From a virus: DNA of 64,000 nt. Under the pieces are notes generated by a model. The model searched no databases. It was given only the letters and a program-made list of their open reading frames with translations, and was not told the origin of the DNA. The position numbers and the translations under genes were made by a program. The DNA is taken from IMG/VR virus record IMGVR_UViG_3300050343_000185. One strand, given 5' to 3'. Every line of letters begins with the position of its first letter. The stretch's first letter is position 1. Shown here piece after piece: positions 9,222 to 19,621 of the stretch.

Positions 9222-9977
9222 TCAAGTATACTCCCATACGATAACGCAACCAGCACCGCCGTTGCTATTGTTATAAGCAAAATCATTCTGTGAATAATAA
9301 CCATAACCACCGCCAGAACCCCACTGTCCGTGAGTAATTTCTTCTTGGTTGTTATAGTAATGGTGAGACGATCCTGCTTTGTGCCAATAACTAGATCCGC
9401 CTGCACCTTCTCTGTTGGCATCGTGTGCCATTTCTCCACCACCACCAGGGACGTTAATGTCTCCACCACTGGCATTTCCACCAGGACCACCTTGGTGAGG
9501 GTTGTCTGATTGTCCGCCTTGTCCACCAGTAGCAGTACAATAAGAACCAAAAGATGAAGTTCCTCCCGTTCCTGCTCTTCCGCCATTTCTTACATATGCA
9601 CCACCGCCACCATACTGGTAAGTAACGCTAGCAACACCAGAGAGATCAATATATTTGATTGAAGTAGCGCCGCCACCTCCACCTGCACCACGGTAGCTGT
9701 TATCATTAATGCGTGCTCCACCTCCACCGCCAGTAACATATACTAAAACATGGTTGCAACCCGCAGGTTTTGTCCAAGTTCCAGATCCACCAGAAGTAGA
9801 TTTAGCATTCCACGTACCATTTTGCGATGTATACACTTGAATGCCAAGTAAAGCACCAGGAGTGGTCATGTCAGAATAACCACTGCCATCCCAAATTTGT
9901 AATTTATCATTCTGCAGATCCATAATATTAACACCAGCGGTGTTTTGGATCTGGTCAACTTTTAAAATGCCTGCCAT
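9222..9977 (-). CDS. Glycine-rich fibre-tip adhesin (gp38-like)
   Basis: MAGILKVDQIQ N-terminus; GTWTKPAGC..VLVYVTGGGGG and many poly-Gly runs ending GGAGCVIVWEY. Confidence 0.7.
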   Translation of the reverse strand: MAGILKVDQIQNTAGVNIMDLQNDKLQIWDGSGYSDMTTPGALLGIQVYTSQNGTWNAKSTSGGSGTWTKPAGCNHVLVYVTGGGGGARINDNSYRGAGGGGGATSIKYIDLSGVASVTYQYGGGGAYVRNGGRAGTGGTSSFGSYCTATGGQGGQSDNPHQGGPGGNASGGDINVPGGGGEMAHDANREGAGGSSYWHKAGSSHHYYNNQEEITHGQWGSGGGYGYYSQNDFAYNNSNGGAGCVIVWEYT

Positions 9978-9983
9978 AATTTT

Positions 9984-12900
9984 TTATACGATAGCCCAGT
10001 TACCACCACTATTTATAGTTACAGTGTAACCAGTAGCAATAGTAATAGGTCCAGCACTTACACAGTTAATATTTGCTGGAATAATTACGTCCTCAGCAAC
10101 TGTGTTACTATTAGATTTAAAGATACCATATGAGTCTATCCATTGCTTGACACCATTAGAATAAAGGGTTCCATTCGCAACTTGAATATCACCAGAAACA
10201 TCTAGTTCATATACTGGATCTGCTTTATTGACACCAACTTTAGAAATTCTATAGATGTCTAAATTGTTAGTTGCTTCTGTCCATCTTGAAGTTACAAACT
10301 CCGCATTGTTCTGGAAGAACTGACCATTAATGTTCATATCTCCCTGAACATTCAACTTATAATTTCTGGTTGTGTTAGATTCTGGATCTACACCAGATGT
10401 AGAAGTTGTGTTAATAGAGACAGCGTTAACATCACCCTTAATGCTGATAGCAGGAGTTCCATTCCAAGTTGTTCCACCATTATCAGTGGATGCTTGGATT
10501 GTGAATAGATGGTTGCCAACTAACTGGTTACCAACTCTAAAGTTTCTATAGGAAGAAGCACCACGGAAACTAATTGGAGCACCACTATTATCATTTGCTT
10601 GGTCGATGGTTAGTCCATCATTAAAGCATCCATTACCAGCAACTTCAAAGGTGAAGTTTGGTTCACGGGTGAGTCCAACACCCATTCTTCTTGTAGCAAG
10701 AATATCACCAGTAACTTGTAGTGCTAGTTTAGTTTCTGTTCCTTCAATAAAGAATGCTTCATTATATTGGGAGTTTGGTGTGTTACTATCAGAGTGATAA
10801 TATTCAATTTTACCATTTTGAGCTGCTGATCCTAGATCAGAGAATCTAATTTGAGCTCCAACACTATCAGTTGATGTGCGAACAAAAATACCAAGATCAC
10901 CAACAACATCTAGATTAGCTACTGGATTTGTAGTATTAACACCAACTTCATTTGCCGATACATCTACAAATAGTACACCACTATCTACGTTAAAATCATC
11001 TGCGACATTAACAAAACTATTTAAGTTTGTGGTTCCGGATACTGTTAAGTTAGAACCAGATCCAGTAAGGACCAAAGGTCCGGTCATGGTATCGCCTGTC
11101 TTCAATACGTTAAGTGAAGAAGCACCAGTTACATCTGCAGTAATTGTTCCCGCAGAGAAATTGCCAGAAGCATCACGCTGTACCGCATAATTTGGAACGT
11201 TAGAACTACTAAACAGGATATTGCCAGCATTCCAAATAACTTGATTGTTTATTGTAAAAGCATTAGCGTTTACAACAGAAACATTAAGAGCGCCAGAACC
11301 ATCAGTTGCATTACCACCAGATGCTTCAATTTTTGCATTAAAGTTTGCGGACAGTTGCGAAGAGTTGAATATAATTGAGGGTGAAGATGTAATGCCATCT
11401 TTTCTACCTAACTGTAGTTCTGCGACACCACCATTACTTTGGAAGTTAGCAACTTCTACAGTATTACCATCTTCAATAGTAAAGTCGTCAAACTCTACTC
11501 TATTAGATGCAGTACCAATTGTTAAGGCACCAACAAAATTACCGGAAGTTAATCTACCAATCAGAATTGTATAATCATTAAAGTTGTCAGTAAGGTCATC
11601 ATTGGTTATAACATTGTCGAGGACAAAACTACCAACACCTTGTGCGTTCGCATTATAAAGATTGATTGAAGGGTTAGTAGGATCGCCAGGAATAAATGGC
11701 GCAGTGTTTAAGATCTGACCGGAAACATAAATTCTATACTTAGGATCTCCACTGAATGACTTAATGGTAATTTTATCTCTAAATTTAGTTTCACTAATAA
11801 ATCTAGGAAGGCGATTTTCAGATAGTGTGCCGTAGTTAATGTTTAGAGCATCCTGATACCAAGTTCCTTGTCTATTATCTAATCTGTCAGCATCTAGTCC
11901 AGAGTCAACACCATCATTTAGTGAACTCCATACTCTAGCCCAAGAGTTCCAGGTTGTGACTCCGTTACCAGAACCACGAAGATACATGTTATCATCATTA
12001 GCAAACGCAAGTTGTCTTACGCCACCAAATGATGCGTCGAAACCAGACGCACCGTTTCTTAGAGTTAGAACTAAGTGCTTAGTTGATGTGCCAGATCCAA
12101 TACCAGTATTAACAGAAGGATAAGCAGATCCCAATCCGTTGGAGCTATTAAATACTGTGTTTGAAATAGCACCTTCAACAAAACTGTTTGGATCTGGATT
12201 TGATGTTGGGTTGTTAGTACCAGTTTGTAATCTGATAGTGTTGTTTGAAGATCCACTAACGTCAATATTGTAAGTACCATTTAATCTATCGGATGGAATT
12301 GTTCCAGAAAATAGATTGGATGCATTTGTATAGTAATTACCTTGCTGACCATCTAGTAAGTCAGCGTCTAGACCACTATCTGGACCTGTCTTAAGTTCAA
12401 CCGAACCATTACCAGCCTGACCGATATTGAACTGTGCTTTCTTATATCTAGAAACACCAATTGTTCCGTAAAGATCAGCGGAAATAGTTAGATCCGAAAC
12501 TCTGGTGATATCAATAGCAACGTTTGCATACTGTCTATTAACAGTAGAAACTTTAGCATTCAATACAAGATTAGAACCAGCACCAATTTCTGTTGGAGAA
12601 ACTGTGATAGCATAGTCAGCGTTGTATCCACTACCACCATCGGTAACTGTCAGATCTGTAACTGCGTTGCCAGAAACAACAATATTTGCTTTAAGACCTG
12701 TGCCTGTGCCACCTTGTAGTTCAACATCAAAATACTGACCATTAGTATATCCACTACCACCATTGGCAACGATAACAGCATCAACAAATCCACCTAAAGT
12801 ATAGGTAGATTCAAACGTCATTGGAGATTCGCCACGCTCAAATTCGATGATCGTGTTGATTGGAATATTTTGTGTTACTGGATTGTTTAGTGCTACAGTG

Positions 12901-15900
12901 GTTAAACCAGCAGCTGTGATAACACCAGTGATGTTTGTATTATTTTGAACACCGGCAACGTTGTTCTTAACTTCGTGTCCGATTAGAACATCAGAGTTGG
13001 TAGTAAACAACATCTGACTAGAACCAGAATTACACTGTGCTGCTAGTAGAGCAAAGTATCTTCTCTCAGCACCCTTAATGGATTGCATGGCAAGAGCAAA
13101 GTTTTGGTCGCCACGTAAGAAAGTGAATGAGTTTGCAGCACCGCCAGATGCTAGTCTATCTGTTTCAATAACACCGGATGTAATATCGGATGCAGCAATC
13201 TGGTTGGAAGATAGAGATACCCAGTTATTAATATCGAATGAAGATGTATTAACACCTCTGTTAATGTTAATTGTATTTGGAGTAGGTGATGTACTATCGT
13301 TAATAGTATCGGTGTCTTCAATTTTAATATTATTAACAATATTGCCATACAATCTGCTTTCAAGTAAAGCATTACCTTGTGCTTGTACACCAGCTCCAGG
13401 AGGAGCAGCGAATGTTATAGTAGGAGCAGTGGTATATCCAAAACCACCTTTATAACCATTGAAGTCGATGATTGTTACAGTAACTACTGTACCATTGGCA
13501 ATAGTACAAGTTGCGGCAGCTGCGACTGCACCTGCTTCTGGATTGCCACCAGCAAATGTAATTACCGGTGGGGTTACATATCCAGAACCACCGTTGTTGA
13601 CATTAATTTGATATACAACACCCTTTCTGTATTCAGTTGATTGGATACGTCCAGTAGAAATGCTACCGGTAAATACATCACCAATAGTAAATGATAATGC
13701 TGGATCTACAGCAAACCCTAGGAACAAACTAGAATTATCATTGTTTAGAATGAATGATGTGGATGTATCCTGTTGGATCGCAATATCACCAGCAAGTGCT
13801 CCTTCTAGTGAAGTTCTTTCTGCTTGGTTGGCAACAGTGAAGACACTAAATGGTCTAAGTGCTGGGATCTGGTCGATAGAAATTTTACCAGAATCAGTAA
13901 GTTCAACCAGTGCTCTAGGAACAGCATTCGTAGAGTATGGTTTGTTGATGTAAGGTCCAAGGTTGTTAGTGATATAATCTCTAACTGCCTTTTGTGTGGG
14001 TAGTTTAGAGTCGGTCGCAGTTGCGCCACCAAGTGTGTTGGATGCGTCGAAACCAGTAACAACAACGTCGCCACCTTTCAGTTTCAAGAATTCAACTTCA
14101 GAAATTGTAACCGTACCAGTGAAAGTAATATTACCAGTTCTGTTTTCAATTCTAGCAAACGTACCAACTTTAAAGTCGCCAAGTTCGTCAGTACCAGAGA
14201 CATATACACGTCCATACTGTTCGGAAACTTGTTCAAATGCTTCAATCTTAGTACCACCGTTCTCAGGTAGTGCTAAGTAATTAGTTCCCGAACCAGCAAA
14301 TTCCCAAGTGTGGGAAGAAGAGTTAACAATAGATGGTCTGTGTAGATTGATTGTCTTACCTAACAATGAACCAGTAGATACTGCCTGATTAGTTGCATTA
14401 TCGGTTAGATCCATGGCACCACCTGTGCCATCGTCAAATGTTAACTGAGCAGAGAAAGGAGGACCAACTGTAACTGCAGCAACAACATCAACAAAGTATT
14501 CGATGTCTGTATTAGTATTTCTATAACCATCAATTTTAGCAACATAATGCTCTAGTGGTTCTCTTCCTAAACCAGTTACTGTTAGAATAGTTCTACCAGT
14601 AGGAGTAGAAGAAACGTTAGAGATTGTTGCAATATCAAATGTATATGGATCTTCTCTAAATCCAATACCTCTTAGAGCATACTGTCCGAAGTTAGTAGCG
14701 GAGTTGGTGATAGATGCATAACCACCAGATTCACAAAGAACGCCATCAGCACAGAAGATAACAAAGACAGAAACTAACTGAGTATAACCATCGTTTATAA
14801 CTTTATAACCTGTGCCACCAAAAGATACAATCGTGAATGCCGCAGCAACCATCGACTTACCCTGATTAGGGAAGGATGCGGATCCATCTAGTTCAAGACC
14901 AGGGAAAGGACAGTTAGGTTGTTTGACCTTACTACCATCAATTAGAGCACCACCACCACCTAGGAAGGAGATAACAGATGCATTTTGAGTGTATGGTGAT
15001 GCTTCGATGATAGGATTATCATCAAAGTCACCCCGAATTGCCATTCTTACATTATTGGAATCATAGATAAAATTATCAGGATATGTTATTAGCAATGCTG
15101 GATCAAATAATGTTCCAAAAGTTTTAACTGTTGTTCCAGCAGAAATTGTCTCATCTAAAATATCTTCAAACAGATCCATTATTGTATTAATGGAAGTTGC
15201 GACATTCGCACATAGTGGTGTGGAATCCAATAAGATATTCCAATCATCAAACCTAGGAATGGTGGAAGTTACTGTAGTCGGATTGAATATAATGATCGTT
15301 CCGTTTGTTTTTGCACTAACAAATGTATGAGCAATTCCTGCTGCAGTTCCTGCGTCTCCAACGTTCAATCCAATGGCAATCATTGTCGTTCCAGTTACAG
15401 AATTGATTTCGTAACTCTTTCCGTAGTTGGAATCAAATCTGTTTGGACTTGCGTGGTTAGCAGCGCCACCACCCATATCACAGGAGAAAGTGATAGCATC
15501 TTCTGTAAACGCAATTCTGTCTCCTACCTGTGGAATACCACCACCAGAAACAGGGTAAGTGATATTTAAATCACCTGTAGTAGAATTGTAAATGGCACCA
15601 ACTGGTGTTACAGAATCGACTACACCATCAGACCAGTTACGCATTGTTTCCAATGCATATATTTTAACTCTCTGGAAAGCATATATCGTAGAAGGACGCT
15701 GCGCTTCGGCAATACCAGTTAACTGAACACCAGTGAAGTATGATTCAGCAACAGTAACAATTCCATTATTGCCACCAAGTACCAAGTCTTTGATAAGACC
15801 ATCAAGTACAATTCTAATATCTCTACGACATTTTCTTTGGTTGGTATCGCTAAGATTTAATGAAGGAAATTGTGCTTCCGTATCAATAAGTGCTTGATCA

Positions 15901-18900
15901 GCAATAAGATCTTTATTTCTAGAAATTAAATACGCAGCATCTAGATATGTGCCGGACGCATTATTGGTAATGACATCAGACCAAAGGAATGATAAAGTAT
16001 CAATAGCAGATGCTACGTTAGCACAAGCAGGTGTTCCTGCAGTTAATGTAATAATAGTATCATCAAAATATCTTGGTAAAGATGAATGTAGTGGTGTGTA
16101 GATGGGATCCGATGGAGCACCATTTTCGGTTCTCCAGTTCCTCATACAATAAATTGCTAGTTCTCTAGCATATTCAATAGCACGAGCATTTTGAATAATT
16201 TCATCTTCAATGTAAGTAATCTTACCATCTACAATATATTTTTGAGCTGCTTCAATTACATTATGATTAGATCCAAATTCTAAATCTCTAATGATTGCGT
16301 TAATAAAGTGAACAATATCTTCTTTACACTGACTATCACCATCACTGCCAGTAGCACTTGGTGAACTATAAGATGGATAAACTTTTTGACCAGCATCACA
16401 TTCTAGAGTCATTCCCTCTAGTTTGATGTGATCATCTTCATTCAAACCCGCAACAAGACTATCTGTTGTTACAGTTGCAACACCAGTTACAGCGTTACTG
16501 TAAACAAAGTTTAAAACGTTATAAGTAGTACCACCAAACTTTACAGTACCACCAGAAACATATGTGTGAGATTGTTCTGCAAGACCTACAAAAATATCAA
16601 ATGAGTTTCCGCTGATATTATATGCAGAGTAGAAGTATCTTGCAAATTGATCGTTAATTTTACCTACGACTTCATCAGCAATAAAATCTCTATTGTTACG
16701 CAGTAACGTACAGGCGTCTTGGAACCTCCTATCTACAGGAGAACTAATTGGGAATGTGTTTGGGGAGTTAAGTAGCGATAAGGTAATAGATTTTGTTGCT
16801 GTCTTAACAGTTGCAAATTGACCTGGATCAAATTCCGCATCAGTAAGAGCTGGCATTTTTTTAGGAATGACAAATCGTCTGCAACGACCATCAGCATCTT
16901 CTAATACTTTATAAATTCTCTGTCTGCCATTTAACGCAGATAGATCAGGTGAAGAAGTTGGGAGACCTTCAATTAAGATCTCTTGACCTTCTTTAAACTC
17001 ATGTGTATTATTTCTGCCAACCAGAGCATTTGTATAAAATACAATACCACCAAGATCTTCTGCATTCCCAAATTGGGTGCCTTGGAATCCACCAGTTGCA
17101 ATACTGGTATCTCCTTGTAATGAGAAATCTAATCTGGAGATAGGCAAAAGTGATGTGTAATCTTCATCTACAGAAACAACTTCTCCCTCAGCACGAATTG
17201 ATTTGAGAGCTGTAGTATTTAATGTTTCTACCTGAGCATTTCCGGTAAATACTTCAATAGACGCAGTTTGAATTGCGGTCCATCCAGTAGATCCAAGAAC
17301 AGGTAAGTAACTAACTTCCCATGAAGTTGGATTGTTGATATCATTTGGTTCAATTTGAGTTACTTCGTAGTAACCAGCAGAAGGAGTAAATATTGCATTA
17401 CCATCATCACTTAAATATACGTATGTTCCAGCTGGGGTTATAGAAGTTGGATCAGTGCTAAATGTAATTTTGTTTGCAGAAGTTGTTCCGGTAGACGTTA
17501 ATGCTAAGGGACTTCCTACGCTATAACTAATAGAAGTTACAAAATTAAATTGTTCTCCCTCAACAAAAGAACCACTATCTAGTGTAATATCAAGAGTACC
17601 ACTAATGTATGCACTAGGACCAGTAATATCATCAAATACAACTTTTTGTATATTTGCTCTGGAACCAGTGTTAACACCAATTACGCTCAATCCAGTAATT
17701 AAAGTAGATAGACCAGTGTTATTTTGGAATGTAACTCTGAACTGTTGTGGTCCAAAAATTTGATGACCGATTGGGAAACTAGTACCAAAATCTCCATTGA
17801 CATCAGCATCAATTAAGATACGCTGTTTATCGTCAAAGACCATTGCGAAATCCCAAGTCGCAACTGCATCGCCATTGGAATCAATCTTATCTCTGTAAGT
17901 GACACCAGTAACGTAGTTTTTATCACCAAACTTGAAGATATGCTTGCCGGGGTTGGCAGGTCTGATAATTACGAGACGAAGGTTATCGCCAACAACTGAT
18001 GCGTCAGGTGGCAGTGAAATTGGGTTATCTTCTACGTAGTCACCACCAGAAACAATAAGGGTCTCCTTAACACCAGGAGTCGCCCATGCAAGTTGTGCTG
18101 CTTTCTTGATAGAACGAACTGGGTTTACGGCAGAACGACCATCGTTTAAGTCAGAACCAATAGTTTGTGAAACGTAAATACGACCACCAACGTCATTCGT
18201 TGCTAGGTTGAGGACGTATTCTGTAGTAGCAATCTTGTCTGATCTATCTCCTAGTAAAGGAGTAATAGAACGAGGGAATACCCCAGATGCACCAGTTTCT
18301 GAATATCCAAAATCATTTTCGTCAACTACACGAAAACCAATATGTTTGAAATTAACTTCACCATTTAGTGCTTCGCCATCCGTATGAACAGGTGCGCTAG
18401 ATCCAGTTTGTCCTGAGTTTAATGCTTGATATACGTTCTGTCCAAAGTACCTGTACGCATTTTCCTGTAGAATAATATTCGAGGACCATAAAGTACCCGA
18501 ATTATTAATATAAGTTTTTAGAGAGGGTGCTCTAAATGCTGCGTTTGGAGTAACGAAGTTGTCGATATCCAAGTTGAGGATTCTCGCCGTATCGGAAATG
18601 ATAGACGTAGAGGTTCTAATAGCACCGTTGATGTCAAGTTCAAAATCAACAGTATCAAGTAATGCCTCAGCAGAAGCACCAACACCGCCACCAGCTTGAA
18701 TGGTAACTGTAGGAGCTTGAGTATATCCACTGCCGGGATCATTGACAGCAATAGATACAACCTGACCATTAAAGATAAATGCAGAACCCTGTGCTTGGAC
18801 TCCACCCCCACCAATAGGTGCCGATATTGTTATAATTGGTGGCGAAATATATCCAGAACCACCAGTTAAAATTTTAACATCATTAACTCTCTGCCCCGTT

Positions 18901-19067
18901 CTATTAATACCAACACGGGGTAAACCCGTATTAGCATCTAACTGCGTCCTTAGAATTTCTTTTTCTAATGAACCTGTACCGCCTCTAACAGTAAGTTCAT
19001 TATCACCGACCAGCTTAGGTTTGGAACCCTGAAACTTTTCCTTATCGGAATTAATATGAATTGACAT
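9984..19067 (-). CDS. Giant tail fibre/structural protein (3027 aa) with a split beta-helix and phycobiliprotein-like repeats
   Basis: GxGY repeats, fibre motifs (LDADLLDGQQGNYY, VGVNTTNP), IYVSQTIGSDLNDG beta-helix start, terminal SAGPITIATGYTVTINSGGNWAIV. Confidence 0.85.
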   Translation of the reverse strand: MSIHINSDKEKFQGSKPKLVGDNELTVRGGTGSLEKEILRTQLDANTGLPRVGINRTGQRVNDVKILTGGSGYISPPIITISAPIGGGGVQAQGSAFIFNGQVVSIAVNDPGSGYTQAPTVTIQAGGGVGASAEALLDTVDFELDINGAIRTSTSIISDTARILNLDIDNFVTPNAAFRAPSLKTYINNSGTLWSSNIILQENAYRYFGQNVYQALNSGQTGSSAPVHTDGEALNGEVNFKHIGFRVVDENDFGYSETGASGVFPRSITPLLGDRSDKIATTEYVLNLATNDVGGRIYVSQTIGSDLNDGRSAVNPVRSIKKAAQLAWATPGVKETLIVSGGDYVEDNPISLPPDASVVGDNLRLVIIRPANPGKHIFKFGDKNYVTGVTYRDKIDSNGDAVATWDFAMVFDDKQRILIDADVNGDFGTSFPIGHQIFGPQQFRVTFQNNTGLSTLITGLSVIGVNTGSRANIQKVVFDDITGPSAYISGTLDITLDSGSFVEGEQFNFVTSISYSVGSPLALTSTGTTSANKITFSTDPTSITPAGTYVYLSDDGNAIFTPSAGYYEVTQIEPNDINNPTSWEVSYLPVLGSTGWTAIQTASIEVFTGNAQVETLNTTALKSIRAEGEVVSVDEDYTSLLPISRLDFSLQGDTSIATGGFQGTQFGNAEDLGGIVFYTNALVGRNNTHEFKEGQEILIEGLPTSSPDLSALNGRQRIYKVLEDADGRCRRFVIPKKMPALTDAEFDPGQFATVKTATKSITLSLLNSPNTFPISSPVDRRFQDACTLLRNNRDFIADEVVGKINDQFARYFYSAYNISGNSFDIFVGLAEQSHTYVSGGTVKFGGTTYNVLNFVYSNAVTGVATVTTDSLVAGLNEDDHIKLEGMTLECDAGQKVYPSYSSPSATGSDGDSQCKEDIVHFINAIIRDLEFGSNHNVIEAAQKYIVDGKITYIEDEIIQNARAIEYARELAIYCMRNWRTENGAPSDPIYTPLHSSLPRYFDDTIITLTAGTPACANVASAIDTLSFLWSDVITNNASGTYLDAAYLISRNKDLIADQALIDTEAQFPSLNLSDTNQRKCRRDIRIVLDGLIKDLVLGGNNGIVTVAESYFTGVQLTGIAEAQRPSTIYAFQRVKIYALETMRNWSDGVVDSVTPVGAIYNSTTGDLNITYPVSGGGIPQVGDRIAFTEDAITFSCDMGGGAANHASPNRFDSNYGKSYEINSVTGTTMIAIGLNVGDAGTAAGIAHTFVSAKTNGTIIIFNPTTVTSTIPRFDDWNILLDSTPLCANVATSINTIMDLFEDILDETISAGTTVKTFGTLFDPALLITYPDNFIYDSNNVRMAIRGDFDDNPIIEASPYTQNASVISFLGGGGALIDGSKVKQPNCPFPGLELDGSASFPNQGKSMVAAAFTIVSFGGTGYKVINDGYTQLVSVFVIFCADGVLCESGGYASITNSATNFGQYALRGIGFREDPYTFDIATISNVSSTPTGRTILTVTGLGREPLEHYVAKIDGYRNTNTDIEYFVDVVAAVTVGPPFSAQLTFDDGTGGAMDLTDNATNQAVSTGSLLGKTINLHRPSIVNSSSHTWEFAGSGTNYLALPENGGTKIEAFEQVSEQYGRVYVSGTDELGDFKVGTFARIENRTGNITFTGTVTISEVEFLKLKGGDVVVTGFDASNTLGGATATDSKLPTQKAVRDYITNNLGPYINKPYSTNAVPRALVELTDSGKISIDQIPALRPFSVFTVANQAERTSLEGALAGDIAIQQDTSTSFILNNDNSSLFLGFAVDPALSFTIGDVFTGSISTGRIQSTEYRKGVVYQINVNNGGSGYVTPPVITFAGGNPEAGAVAAAATCTIANGTVVTVTIIDFNGYKGGFGYTTAPTITFAAPPGAGVQAQGNALLESRLYGNIVNNIKIEDTDTINDSTSPTPNTININRGVNTSSFDINNWVSLSSNQIAASDITSGVIETDRLASGGAANSFTFLRGDQNFALAMQSIKGAERRYFALLAAQCNSGSSQMLFTTNSDVLIGHEVKNNVAGVQNNTNITGVITAAGLTTVALNNPVTQNIPINTIIEFERGESPMTFESTYTLGGFVDAVIVANGGSGYTNGQYFDVELQGGTGTGLKANIVVSGNAVTDLTVTDGGSGYNADYAITVSPTEIGAGSNLVLNAKVSTVNRQYANVAIDITRVSDLTISADLYGTIGVSRYKKAQFNIGQAGNGSVELKTGPDSGLDADLLDGQQGNYYTNASNLFSGTIPSDRLNGTYNIDVSGSSNNTIRLQTGTNNPTSNPDPNSFVEGAISNTVFNSSNGLGSAYPSVNTGIGSGTSTKHLVLTLRNGASGFDASFGGVRQLAFANDDNMYLRGSGNGVTTWNSWARVWSSLNDGVDSGLDADRLDNRQGTWYQDALNINYGTLSENRLPRFISETKFRDKITIKSFSGDPKYRIYVSGQILNTAPFIPGDPTNPSINLYNANAQGVGSFVLDNVITNDDLTDNFNDYTILIGRLTSGNFVGALTIGTASNRVEFDDFTIEDGNTVEVANFQSNGGVAELQLGRKDGITSSPSIIFNSSQLSANFNAKIEASGGNATDGSGALNVSVVNANAFTINNQVIWNAGNILFSSSNVPNYAVQRDASGNFSAGTITADVTGASSLNVLKTGDTMTGPLVLTGSGSNLTVSGTTNLNSFVNVADDFNVDSGVLFVDVSANEVGVNTTNPVANLDVVGDLGIFVRTSTDSVGAQIRFSDLGSAAQNGKIEYYHSDSNTPNSQYNEAFFIEGTETKLALQVTGDILATRRMGVGLTREPNFTFEVAGNGCFNDGLTIDQANDNSGAPISFRGASSYRNFRVGNQLVGNHLFTIQASTDNGGTTWNGTPAISIKGDVNAVSINTTSTSGVDPESNTTRNYKLNVQGDMNINGQFFQNNAEFVTSRWTEATNNLDIYRISKVGVNKADPVYELDVSGDIQVANGTLYSNGVKQWIDSYGIFKSNSNTVAEDVIIPANINCVSAGPITIATGYTVTINSGGNWAIV

Positions 19068-19107
19068 GTCGCAGTCTAACTCCCAGAACCTGTATTATCC
19101 TCAGTTG

Positions 19108-19114
19108 TATTTAG
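19108..19114 (-). promoter_or_regulatory. Late promoter CTAAATA
   Basis: Upstream of the 3027-aa gene start at 19067. Confidence 0.6.
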
Positions 19115-19119
19115 CATTC

Positions 19120-19620
19120 TCATGCCCACTCAAGTGTTGTAACTTGAGTTGATACTGCCCATTTAATAGTAGATGTTGTGCCTGCTCTAATAGTAGTATA
19201 AGAAAATCTATTAGTTGCTCCCACTGGAGTAATTGACCAAGTTTGACCCGCAGGAATATCATCTTTGATGATTGTTTCCATAGTTGACATTACAGTAACT
19301 GAACCTACTCCGTCGCAATACACCGCAGATTCTAATTTACTTGTGAAGATAACACCAGAAGCATTTACTGCAATAATATGTCCAGTAATAAAATTCATGG
19401 TGCTATTAGCAATAGGAATTTGTGCTCCTACGCCATCTAATTCTAGAGATGCTGTGTTGATACCTCTTAAAATATATGTGGTAGTATTACTATCTGCATA
19501 GTTAGAGTTTTTAATTTCTAAAGTATTCAGATCTTTACCATTTCGACTTTCATCGACAATCACAGTTTTTCCGATAGAAAAACCACCTGCGGAATCAAAT
19601 TTTTCGATTGTAGTTGCCAT
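19120..19620 (-). CDS. Virion structural protein (166 aa)
   Basis: MATTIEKFDSAGGFS; beta-rich; lies between two fibre genes. Confidence 0.7.
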   Translation of the reverse strand: MATTIEKFDSAGGFSIGKTVIVDESRNGKDLNTLEIKNSNYADSNTTTYILRGINTASLELDGVGAQIPIANSTMNFITGHIIAVNASGVIFTSKLESAVYCDGVGSVTVMSTMETIIKDDIPAGQTWSITPVGATNRFSYTTIRAGTTSTIKWAVSTQVTTLEWA

Positions 19621-19621
19621 T

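Noticed and set aside
9221-9586. N-terminal 122 aa of the 239-aa track ORF 8867..9586
   Set aside because: It is an alternative frame of the Gly-rich adhesin gene. The likely gene starts at 9220, right after the adhesin stop.
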